Part shown: piece by piece, positions 51,007-62,954 of the stretch
Layout of the letters: each line of letters begins with the position of its first letter
Position numbering within the stretch: position 1 is the first letter of the stretch
DNA from: Balanoglossus misakiensis
Lineage: Eukaryota > Animalia > Hemichordata
Direction: 5' to 3'
Length of the DNA: 64,000 bases
Assembly: GCA_040954595.2 (NCBI GenBank)
Contig: CM082587.2
Location: 1,827,000-1,890,999, forward strand
Notes under the pieces: generated by a model
The model's input: the letters and a program-made list of their open reading frames with translations, nothing else
Database searches by the model: none
Told to the model about the DNA's origin: nothing
Position numbers and translations under genes: made by a program

Positions 51007-53869
51007 ATGTCTCCTTCTGCAGCATCGAATTCAGTTACCAAGGTACGGTCTTGCATTTGTTTTATCATTCATCCTTTTGCTGATGACATGGATTCGGTGT
51101 AGCTGTAGTTTCCTTTCTACTTAGTAAGCGTTGTCCATGAACTTACGAGACTTTTGCAAAATTGTGTTCCTGTACTATGGTGCATTAGGACTATGTCTTT
51201 GACGGTGACTACATTCTGTTGTAGGTGAACTTCCGTAAAGTTTGTATACGTGTAATTTAGTCATCTCTGTAGCCAAACCGACATCACACTTGATTAGAAC
51301 TGACGATGTCTGTGTCCAATTTTCAGTAGCAGTAATAATTATTATTATTACTGAACTGTTTTGTTATATTTGTCTGGTATTGCGGCGGCAACGGGGACAA
51401 ATTGTTTTAATTGTTTATACACATCTATCTACCTGCAATTTGTTTGGAGGAGCGCGAAAATAATGTAAATATTGTTGTTATTATTTTGTCGTAGCTGCGA
51501 TCGTTCTTCGGTGCCATGTTTGTGACCGCGCTGATGTGCGTGTCTTACGTCAGCTGGCAACAAAATAGCGGCGTGTTCGTGAACCCAATGTACAGGTGTG
51601 TCCTTATTCCAAATATCCTATTTATGTTGCGACAAATGTGTTTGACGCTATTGACGCCGGTGACGGCAAATATGTGATCATCAGTCGCTACATCACCAAC
51701 AAGCAACAGGTCAGGTTGAAACACAACTGCGCATGGTCGAACGCATAGAAGTGTTTTTTTTCTTCTTCAAGCAATTCGATGTTCGCACACTACACATGTA
51801 TTCTTCAGAAGCGCGTTTGTCGACGGTGGGTGATATGAACAGTCTAAACAAAAACATCTGACTTCAATAACATTTGATTTAATTAATTTTTTTTATCAAG
51901 GAGTACTTCTTACGCAGGAGGGCCTGTGAACAATGACAGCCATGAGACAACGTCAGCAGAGGTTGCCATGACTACCCAGGTGACAAAGATGCAGTGTGTG
52001 AAACGTCTGAACGACATCGCCTACATTTTCAATCGCAAAACGGGCAGCACCACCTTGGTCACCATGCTGGATAGATTCGGAAGGAACCACCATTTCCCGC
52101 TTATGAGACAAGTTCTCGTCCATAAGACACAGCGTTATTACGGAAACTTTTACACTTACCACTTCGCTGGGAAGAATCCGAAAGAAGCTGTTTTGCCGAG
52201 TCCGCCAATGAGCAGAGACAAAAGAAAATTCCTTCTCGAGGGCGACAGGACGCATTTTATAAACATAGACAAAGACAAGCTGACAGCGGAACCGACTGTC
52301 GTACAAACGATGTACGTCACAATTGTCCGAGAGCCGTCCGCTAATTTTGAGTCAATTTTCAGTTTTTTTCATCTCGATCGAATCGTCAGAAATTCGCACA
52401 AAGTCTCAACACGCACGCGCAATAAATACGTCTCCGCACCCGATAAATATACAGTTTTGAATGAATTTTTCGCGAAGCCCGATTACTACCGTTCGTCACG
52501 AATGAGGAAGGGTTCATTGCAGTGGCTTGTCGGCAGAAATAGTCAGGCGTGGCACCTTGGACTGCAGCACAGTTACCATGACAACCGCTCCATTGTGGAG
52601 GAATACTTCACGCAAGTGGAGAAAGAGATCGATTTGGTCATAGTGACTGAATATTACGACCATTCTTTACTGCTTTTAAAAAAGCTGATGTGCTGGGGAC
52701 TGTCAGATATTCTTTACATATCCAGGAGGGTGCGTAGTAACAGAACTCCGATGTCTGAAACACTTAAGAATAAAATTTACAAATGGAATAGTGTTGACGT
52801 TCAAATTTACGATCGCTTCAACAAAACACTCTGGAGGAGAATAGAAGCATATGGACCGGATTTCAAGAGAGACTTGGACCAATATCGGAAACTCAAAGAC
52901 GCGGTTTCCGATGACTGTGGCGGGAGTTCTGGTCAACTGCGTGCATCCACGCTCAGACTGCTTTCGGAGGCGGGGGAAAACGCGCCAAACCCGATCACAT
53001 TTTGCAAGACTCTACGCCAAGGCTTTACGCATTCGTTTTTAAATGTTGACCTCCATGACCATGGTCCCGGCAGTGTTTCCGTGACACCTAGAGGTCAGTT
53101 TATTTCTTTAAAAACCTGTGCACTTGTTGTTTGGTTGTTGTTGTTGCCGTGATGATGATGATAAACAAGTCATGATATTTCAATTCGTTCCGTCGAGAAC
53201 GTGGGCAGCGGGTCTACATATCAAACGGGAAGGAGGATTGCAGTAGGAAGCGACTGCGTTGGCACGAGTCTGTTCTTAACTGGTGATAATTCTTTCCGTA
53301 GGCGTTGGTGAGCCACTTTCACTGAAACACACGTCAACCAAGAATGGAGGACCAACCCAGTGTTTGGAAGTGAACTATGCAAAGTCACACAACCCAACGA
53401 GTTTGAAGTCTCTGGACGTCTACTTCTCTGTCAACACACCTCACCTGGAAGTGCCAGTCGCCGACATCACAAAACGTGGTACTGACAAATACACTGCAGC
53501 CTTTGAGTTGCATAACGTATCTAACCTTCAGGTGCGGTTACATAACTGTCTCAAACAGAATAGAGAGAGAGACGAGAGGGAGAGAGGGAGGGAGAGGCAG
53601 AGAGAGGGGTGCCTCCCGATGGAAGGGAATTAGAGCAATGCAGTCACCTCTAATTTTCTTATGCCTAATCATAATGATTAAAGGGCGTTTCTCTAATGAG
53701 CATATGGTGACGCCCTATTTACCGTGGCTACCGAATTGAAATCGGCGATTGGTTTAATCTAAACAGGCTCTTTCAATTCTTTTCCCCCAAGGTGCTGACG
53801 GAAGCCAAGTACATGTCTACAAGAGACTTCTACTTCCAGTCTGTTCATCTTAAAGGAGGCAAATGTTGA
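51007..53869 (+). CDS. Galactose-3-O-sulfotransferase (GAL3ST/cerebroside sulfotransferase)-like, ~545 aa, with C-terminal MAM-like extension. Exons 51007-51042, 51495-51595, 51901-53093, 53302-53531, 53792-53869
   Basis: Phase-consistent GT-AG chain (0,2,1,0). Exon 2 encodes a type II TM (FFGAMFVTALMCVSYVSW). The main exon has RKTGSTT, TIVREP..FES.F.FF, RNSQAWHLG, DLVIVTEYYDHSLLLLKKLMCW..SDILY and WNSVD..IYDRFNKTLWRRIEAYG, typical of GAL3ST. The small flanking exons are less certain than the main exon. Confidence 0.85.
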
Positions 53870-54616
53870 ACCACTCGACTGCCCCTCGTAATTACGGAGA
53901 GTGTTTTTTAGTTTTTGTGGTGGTGATCAATATTTTATTACATTAATTTTAATTCTTGTACAATAATTGTTAAAACCTAAACAGATGTAATGAAAATGTG
54001 TAAACACCCAACATCCATTTATCGTTACTCACGACGCCATAAATATAATACTGAAACAATATAATATCATGAAAGTTATAAATAGATAACGCTTACCATT
54101 TTAAGATTTTTTTTCACCATGTGATAAAATAGTGCACTGAAGATATTTTAAAAGTTTTATAATATTATACAGAATTTTTCATCAGAATATACGGCAGTAT
54201 TTATAAATCTGTGCTATATATTTAAATTCAGTTCAAAGTTAATAATGACACATTTATGTTTGTATTTTGCCACAGTAGAGTTAGACCAGAAAACAATATC
54301 ATAAAATGTCATCACTTGTCTTACGTGTATTCCGCCACACTGCAACGCTGGCCGCCTGAGGGACGCCCAGTTTGACAAGGTAATCATTATACGCAACTTG
54401 AAGTCGTCAAGTGACGAGAGATGCCATCTTGATGTGCCTGGATATGATTTAGGAATAGACGCTTTTCCGTTCCCTTGCGAGATCTCGCGAGACTTGGTTG
54501 ATTGCCGTAGCAACTGGTTGCTAGCCAAGTAGTACAAGTCAACATTCATGCGCCAAAGTTTTTTTGTTCAGCATTTGCTGATGCCGACTGTCATGATTCC
54601 ATTGGTTGGACAAGTT

Positions 54617-57359
54617 TCAAACAGTGGGTGAAGGGCTGGATCCTGAGCCTGACGCGCCGGTCATTTTGTTGTTCTTGATGACTTTGAGTGATATGGTGTT
54701 CATTTGCCGCCGCAGGCTTGGGTTGGTCAGGTTGGTCGGTCCTGCTTCTGGGTCGGAGCCGGGGGCACCGGCGGCGGCAACGCGCAACCTCCGGCTGCAC
54801 GAGTTGACCGGGGAGCAGGCACGTTTGAAGTGTTTGCGGAAATTGTCGCTCAGGAAGGAGTAGAGAAGCGGGTTCAGGCAGCTGTTGGAGAAAGCCAGCA
54901 CCTTGGCGAATTGACCAAACACGGAGAAGCCTTCGTTGAAGATGACTTCGTAACTGTCCACCCATACGTGGATAAGGTGAAACAGGTGGAATGGTAGATA
55001 GCATAAAGCGAATGCAACCACGACGCCCATCACAAGATGGGCAATTTTTCTGCGTGTCTGCACTGTCCTCAGCTGCGCGTCGTCCGACCCCATAGTGGGC
55101 GAAACTGCCACCAACAGCCGCCGAGCCATCAGTATATACGACACCATGACAGTCAGCAACGGCAGGCAGTAAAACAAGACGAAGAATGACGTCATGAATT
55201 TTCGCCGGCCGCTAAGTGTCCACCATTCGATGCACACTTTCTTGTACTCGCCAAAGTGGTATAATACAATCTCGTCACTGATGTATACAGTGTAACCACT
55301 GCTGGCCAGACAAACCACCCAGATTACGATCAGAATCACCACCGTGTGTTGTAGCGTCCTGTTAACGAAAACATAGAAAAAAATATTATTTAGACTGCAA
55401 TAATATAGGACGATATATCAAATAATGTGTATAAGTTGGTACGGTGGTATTTATCATATGTAGTGATATAAAACTTTCAGCACAGAGGCTGCAGGGTCCA
55501 GCACACTACAATTGCTACACGATAGAAAAAAAATTAATCAAAATCGGAGAAATGCCAGGATGTGAATAAACACGACTAAATTGACGTTACCAGGGTTACA
55601 TAATCTGGTGACGCGGTTATATTAGTTTACCGTGGTTGTAATTAGGCGCGTGCGGGCCTACTGGGTTGGGTTTTATTTAAAATGGTTACGTGCATGAATT
55701 CGTGAGTGGCGATATGACTGTTGTCGTGAACCCCAGGATCGGACAGAATGAAATTGGAGCCGTTTGGCAAGGCACTTTAGTAAAATCGTCTAAAACTCGT
55801 AATTACAGGAAGCTGCCCACCTGGCTTAATAATTTAAGTTTTCCCGGGGGCACAGACTACTGCATATAAGCTACTGGACACGGTGCAATCATAAAACATG
55901 CATTGCATCATAGAATTTTTTTTACAAAGACGGCCTGGAACAGAAACTGGAGCGTTATCCAGTTTGAACATCCAGACAAAATTCGCCCTGGGGTCGAGTT
56001 CCCTATAGTCACAAGCGCACGGCAATGCTTAATTACGTTACAGGTTGCCCGAACTCACCAGGGCCCAGGAGAGGCCGACGCCATAAACGGGTGTTCTTAC
56101 ATGCCCGTTTGCATCGAAGTGTATTGCGTTTCCCCGCGTATGATGACAACATCGGCTTGGATAACGGGTTAGACTAGATAATTCATGATTTCTATAATAA
56201 CTAGACCTGCTTGTTAACCCATGGAAATTAATATTGTCAAGAAATAGAATAAGCCCAACAACCAGAATTCCCAAGCGAGCACAGAAGTATATCTAGGTAG
56301 TAGACATGCGTATTTGAAAGTTGAAGCAGCTCATTTGGTGCTAATAGTACATGCGGTCTTCATTGAATACGACGTTTCAATAACATATAAGTTGTCTTCG
56401 TCGGGTAAAATTTCGTATAAGATACTCATATATTTTGTTTTAACCACTCGAAGAAGACTTGTGTGTTGCTTGCAATGTATGCACCTCGGGGACAATTTCA
56501 GAAAAATGATAGTCTTTCGATTGTTTACGCCCTGCGTGTTAGGAGTCCGTTTGAGAGCAGAGACGAAAAGAAAGTATTCACCATTTTCAACTTTCGTGTG
56601 TCCCGTGGCAAAGAGAAGGCCATCGCTTCTCTTGACATAAATAAAGCGAGCGGCCCGGAAAACATCTCTGCCCAAGTCATTAAACATTAATATACAGGTG
56701 TCCTTTTAGTCTCATGAAAATTTTATTCCAAAAATCCATCCATCTGGAACAGCTTCCCGATTTTAAAATCTGATTGTCAATCCTCCGTGGATAATTGCCT
56801 TCCTGTCTTGACACTTTTACGCTTTATCCGCGCTTTAGTCATGTCGCCTTTGTGTTTAGGTGTAACGTATATCAACCGTTTTATGAAAAAATACAATGTT
56901 TAGAGTCACACGCTCTCTTTCTTACCTGTAAATACGGGATCTCATCGGGTGGACCACGGCATAGTATCGATCCACCGACATCACAGTCATTGTCACCACG
57001 CTGACGTAATAACACACATAACTGAGGTAATTTCGCAGCCGGCAGAGAAATTCCCCGAAAATCCACTCTGACAAGAGGAACTCTGACGCCGAGGGCGGCA
57101 CGGTGTTAATGAGGAATACAAGGTCCGAGGCGGCCAAGTTCAGCAGGAAAAGATTGGTCACCGTTTTCATGGCACCGTTCTTCAAGATGACGTATACAAC
57201 GAGTGAGTTGCCGATGACGCCCGTCAGGAATATGGCAGTGAAGAAAGAAGGAACGATGTAGAACTTTTCATCGTAGATTGTGTCGTAGTCGATTTCGGAA
57301 TAATTATAAAACGATGACATGTCGACACTGAAGCTAGATGCCTCATCTTCCGTTGCCAT
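54617..57359 (-). CDS. Rhodopsin-class neuropeptide GPCR of the allatostatin-A/galanin/kisspeptin receptor group, 391 aa. Exons 56926-57359 and 54617-55358
   Basis: TM1 GVIGNSLV, TM2 TNLFLLNLAASDL, TM3 MSVDRYYAVVHP, a phase-2 intron (AG|GTAAG ... CAG) within IYR|T, TM5 YCLP, TM6 FALCYLPFH and TM7 SNSCLNPLLYSFLSDNFRK. The subfamily cannot be resolved without a phylogeny. Confidence 0.9.
56560..56765 (+). mobile_element. Degenerate non-LTR retrotransposon (LINE) fragment, region just N-terminal to the RT domain, in the GPCR intron
   Basis: The translation ...EKAIASLDINKASGPENISAQVIKH, followed after a stop/shift by LMKILFQKSIHLEQLPD, resembles the conserved L..NKA.GPD.I...LK / LFQ.S...G..P pre-RT motif of CR1/L2/Jockey-type LINEs. 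Boundaries are approximate. Confidence 0.6.
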
Positions 57360-60300
57360 GGTGCGGAATGTTCTGTGTTTGACACAAGAGCGATTTAGCG
57401 TGACGGTTTCTCCGACCAGTACTCAAGCGATAATGTGTACCTTGGTTAGTCACGTGGTCTATATAACTGTATCATTGTCTGTATACAAGGCCTTCTTGCC
57501 CCCAAACGCTAAAGTATTCAGTCTGTTAATTTTATATTTTCTTCAATGTGCAAAAGCGATACGCTCGCCGCAAGCGATATTTGCAGATTACTTTTAAATC
57601 TTAACTCAATCTACGTACGCTCGAAGACACGGCGAAGCACAGTGGGAGTTTCGGTTACTCAACAATCGCCGACAAAATGTCAGGTGGTACGTTTATTTTA
57701 TTTATCTTGAAGGGTTGTCTATCTCGTCTATATTAACGTTGATCGGTGGCGACGCATAGCCCAGGTAGCGGACAGGCGATGACTTAAGTCGGAATTCCTC
57801 CGAGGCAGAAACGATACTTGTTAATCCTTTGCGGCGATTCCTGGAGCTTCTTTGACAGTGACGTTTAATTACACGTTGATCAAACAGATTCTCAAAATGG
57901 CGCGAAGTTGTAGTAGATGACAGTTGGTGTAGTGAAGAAATATGTAATCGTCTAACTCAGAACTGTTCGTCCGCTCTTCTTTGGGGTCTAAGCAGTATAA
58001 ATGACCACTCTTGATTCGTCAGTACACAATACCCGTCTCAGTGCAAACTTCCAAAGCTGAGCGAAAAACTTGAAACCTGAAATAAAAAAATAAGTCGTGG
58101 ACTTGTAAGCGAGAATCCACTGGGTAATATACTCGACTGAGTCGAACAGGTGTGAGCGAAGACAAAAACAACTGAAGACATAATACTACACAAATCAACG
58201 CCTGGAGCACAATACATACATTGAACAGCCAAGGTGCACATTAGCTATGCACTCACAGACTGTTGCAACATACGGTGGAATGAGAAAACCCGATGATTGC
58301 CCACACACGACTTGACAATCTGGTCGTGTGTGGGCGCTTCGCGATCTCCGACAACTTGAAGGTCGTTCGTCTGGAATATCAAAACAATTTTTTTCTTGGA
58401 AATTGCACCAAGAAAACAATTGCCATGTTACTTTATAAAATACACAATCTCAGACACTGCTTCGCTTCTTCGGTTCATGAATAGCTGAAAAAAAATTCAC
58501 GCCATTGAAATGGGGAAAAATTTGAACGACGCGCTTCAAGAATTTTCCATTTCGATAATTATTTTTGAAGTACGTTTCACAATGTACGTGAAACGGATAC
58601 CCCAACCGCTAATACGTAAGAAAGTCCTTTCAAGAATTCCAATCAGTGAAGCGATTCATGTTGTTTTGGTTCGTCTAATACGCATCGGAATTAAACAGCT
58701 GTTGAAGTGTGAATCATATATGTTAAGAACAGCTAAGATTCTGAAAAACATTCGCTCCTTCTGAGAAGGCTACGAGATTATGTGAAGCTTGAAATGAGAT
58801 GGTGGACACTTGTGTCTTATTTTGATAAGTGGAACGAGTTATCCATTTTGCTGATATGCAAGCGCAAGACACTCTATATCAAAATGCTCGCCGGGCAATA
58901 TCTTTTCCCCACTCGTATGCATCTTCTGGTTCTTTCTTTAAACACGAATATGGGACTAAATATGTGTGAATATGTCGTGTTCTGAGCGAACGAAATAATC
59001 ATCTTGCATTCAAAACCATCTTAGTGACTCACGCGGAAAAGAAAATTAATTTACCACTACAAAGAACTCCTACCATCATTTCGAACTTATCTGCCTCGAT
59101 GTTCTCGAGAATTTGTGGAACAGTCTTTATCTTCAGGGGTGGATATATATATATATGAGCCGTAACTTGCTAAAAACCACGTTCAGCATTATATAACTCC
59201 AACAGAGTGCGTGCTAATTAGTTAAAACACGGGCCTGCGGTTGCTAGGGCAACCTTTCTCAAGGCAGTGGATTTCTTTGTCGTCTGGTAATTGCATCAAA
59301 GGTGATAACTACCTTCTCATGGATCTCAGCTCGCGTCACGTGTTCACAGCAAGGTCAGTGTAAATCTCGAAGGTGGGAAGTTTCTCAGCTTTACACGGGT
59401 CAAAGCTAGTCTACTAACTTACAATCTTCAGCGATTTCCAGGCGGTACACATGACTCTCAGATATTTTCATGCCTACCATTAAAATTTTACAACTCACAA
59501 ACCTAATCCTGTCCGTCTGGCTTAGGGCCTACGTGGATTATTTATGTGTTTCAAACATGCTGCTGTCCCACATCTTTTGTTAGTGTTCTCTTATAGTAAG
59601 TAATATCATCGACCTTCTTATGGACTGGCTGTGTCATCGTCTCCGCTGTGTTGGAGAAGGCAATTAACTTTTACCATTACTGATGCCTGTAGTCTTCCCG
59701 GCAGGACTCGAAACGAGCCGTGCACATACATCTCTGCGTGATGTTCGGGCGATATATAGATGCGCAGAAGCGCGTGACAATGTGCATTTCTAGAGAGGGT
59801 TGTCGCTTTGCAATCAGATCACGTTCCCTGTTGAGTGTGTAGCGGAGTGGGATGACATTTCGTGTATTTTGTGCCCGCTGGCTCACCAGTGACAAAGAAG
59901 CGAACGACAAATTGGCGACAGGCACCTGCAGTGCTAACCCACTATGGCCACAGGATTGATATGATTACTGTTGCAAACATCATTTCAGCACTGCTTCCCT
60001 TCTGACTTCAAATGTTTCTTCACATATTGTTATTATTCGAAAGTCAGTTTCGATTGGACAAAATTTGCAATCCACATACGTGCACGTACACATGCACGCA
60101 CGCACCCACCCACATTATATATACATATGCGATAAATATATAACGGGCGGCGGATTGATATTGATTCGTAAACTTGTACCTCACTAATTGTGGACGTACC
60201 AATAGGTAAAAGAAACCCTCTGGAAATGGTACAATTTACTTTTGAGATTTTAGATGTCAACACATCAAATACACCGACGAAAGAACCCCTCGGGAAGGTT

Positions 60301-60623
60301 ATCGTTTGAAAGTATAAGAGTAACGCATGACAGATACTGAGCACTACTTTCTTGCGATTTCCGTGACTACTAATAACTCCGCATATGTTTAACAATACGA
60401 TTCACGAAACAAGGGCGAAATGCAATTATTAATAGCGCTCGCCAAAGTACGATGGGACTGATTCAAGAGGTTTGCCCCCGGGTAGAGCTTACGTTTTTAC
60501 ACCATCAACTAGAACACCCTTGGCATCTATCAGCACTTAAATGAAAGCGAGCTGGGTTCAATAGTTAACGCTTTCCTGTGCAAGCGACTCAATTCAAGGT
60601 GATGAAGAAAGTGTGTCGCTTTG

Positions 60624-60772
<149 letters not shown>

Positions 60773-61799
60773 GTCTAGTCTACTCACATTCACAGAGTAT
60801 TTTCACATCCGTTTATCCATGCATTTCTTGTGTGTAAGTATAACACGCAGGCAAGTATGTTTGCGCAGGTACAGATCCGCCGCATGGGATAACCCAACAT
60901 TGTTATTACAATCGTGAAACACGCCGCTTCGTTATACGCGTGTGTCTTTCTCGGGAAAATCATGATTATAGAACCGACATGCAAGCAGTAAAGGCTATGT
61001 TATACGGCTGTGTTGGCTCATCAAGAAAAAACCTGGCGCATTAGCAGTAATCCTAGTCTTAAAATTGAGGGTAGGCCTCGGGACTACGGTACTTAAAATG
61101 AACAAACACCGTGTTCTACAGAATTGGCGACGGCAGCCTCATTACATTATGGCGGCGTCGTGAATACCACCTGATCTTTTCCCCTTTTTCGGAGGCTTTT
61201 TTGTCTAAAATTACGTCAAACACAAGGAATCAGTTGTAGCAAGGTGAGTCTGGAGTGTCGTCAACCGCGAGGCGCGCAGAATCGTATATGTATTCTCAAA
61301 TAATCCACTTTCCAAATTCAATCCATGGTTCCTTCGCGTGTCTATAGGAAGCAGGGCAACCTCAGCAGCGTCGAAGAAGGGTTATTTCCTCAACTGAGAT
61401 AGAGAACTTGCAGATATTGTACATGTAGTTGGGAAAAAACCCTCAACTTTGTATTTCGTCTACATCAAATATCCCGAGAGTGCAGAAATGTTTTCTGTTG
61501 TATAGAATTACTTATCTTCTGAGGTGAACCTAATATAGCGAGGAACGAAATACCCAGTCGAGCTGAAGATAAATGTAATTAAACGTAACTTAACACGACA
61601 AAAACAAGATCTTGATTGGTGAAATCGGTATTTTATAGTGAAATGCGGTTTCCATGAGGTGGTAATATGATCGCGTTTGTAAGTTAAGAATACACATCTC
61701 GCTCTGTTGAAGAAGGAATAAAGATACATTTCAGCAACTTTATTCGTGTGCCATTTGACTTTCAATGGAATCATTGCTCTGAACGTATGTACTGTATGT

Positions 61800-61921
61800 T
61801 GTGTCTGTTTGTTTGTCTGTCTGTCTGTCTGTTTGTTTGCTTGTGTCTGTCTGTCTGTCTGTTTGTGTCTGTCTGTCTGTTTGTTTGTTTGTTTGTGTCT
61901 GTCTGTCTGTTTGTTTGTTTA
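61800..61921. repeat. (TCTG/TTTG)n compound tetranucleotide microsatellite
   Basis: Directly visible alternating GTCT and GTTT units. Confidence 0.95.
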
Positions 61922-62810
61922 TTTGGTTAGCAGGGCAGAAGACCGTACAACAATTGGGCTTGATACAGTTGTAGACGCGCTGTAGAACCGCAATACCAAG
62001 GTAAGTCATAAAGAAAAAAAAATCCCATATTGTTGAAAGTAAACTATTAAAGAAATTTGAAAGTAAAGGAGGGACATCAAAACAGGTGTCGAATTTGTGT
62101 GCGAGATGTTTGATGATTCAGCTTACCTTCCTGAGAAGCACCTCAAATTTCTTTGCTTGTTTGGCAGCCAACTAAACATTGAAGTCTGCTTTCGTTACGA
62201 CGTTTTCTCGATGACTGCTCCTGTGACGCGGGGAGACTTTATGCGCATGTGCCAGCAGCAAGGCGTCGTCAATGATTTCGTCACCCCCGCAAGCAATCTA
62301 TAAAATAATAGGTTTTTGCAGCTGCAAATTTGACAATCTAATTGATCAGTCTTTTGCATCTCTTACCTTGGGGGTATTTTCCTCCCATACCTTTGTTCTA
62401 TATCTTTCATAATCTTTATCTAGGTTTGGCGGACATTGGGAAGACGCACAAGTTTATGCCATTTATTTATATTTCATGATTCGCAAGTCATCGAGGGAAA
62501 GGAATATGTTCACTGTGACAGGAAGCCAAGCAGAGCGCCTCTTTGAGGCAATATCGCCGCATAAATTGTGTATATGTATTAGCCTTTGTTTTGCAACAAT
62601 AAAGTTTCACAGCGTCTAACTTAGTTTCGATGAGAACCGTACGCCTTATGAATCATACCTGCAGGAATGAGAAGAACTAACTAGGCTGAGAGAATAGGTT
62701 TGTTATGAAGAACTGAATGTGGGATAACATTGGACGAAGCAGCTATACTGGCAACAACAGGTTTGTAAATTTGTTCGTACATACACAATTTTAAAAATAA
62801 CAAAATCTCG

Positions 62811-62950
62811 AATTTGAAAATTTTGCTCATTTTGGCATTTCCATGTCATATGCATGGGTTATAGCTCATGAACGCTCAAAAAATGAAAAAAATTTCCAAT
62901 TTGAAAATTTTGCTCATTTTGGCATTTCCACGTCATTTGCATGGAATATA
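62811..62950. repeat. Two divergent ~87-bp units related to the satellite, in inverted orientation
   Basis: AATTTGAAAATTT(T)GCTCATTTTGGCATTTCCA recurs at 62811 and 62898. It contains CATGGGTTATAGCTCATGAA, the reverse complement of the satellite core TTCATGAGCTATAACCCATG. Confidence 0.75.
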
Positions 62951-62954
62951 TAAA

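Noticed and set aside
53094-53164. Unspliced end of the GAL3ST-like ORF with a hydrophobic tail and five tandem stop codons
   Set aside because: It follows a good donor (AG|GTCAGT) whose downstream exons are in frame; the tail and stops derive from (TTG)n and (TGA)n simple repeats. An intron-retained isoform is not excluded.
61740-62009. QTDR- and CLSV-repeat ORFs
   Set aside because: Artefacts of the tetranucleotide microsatellite.
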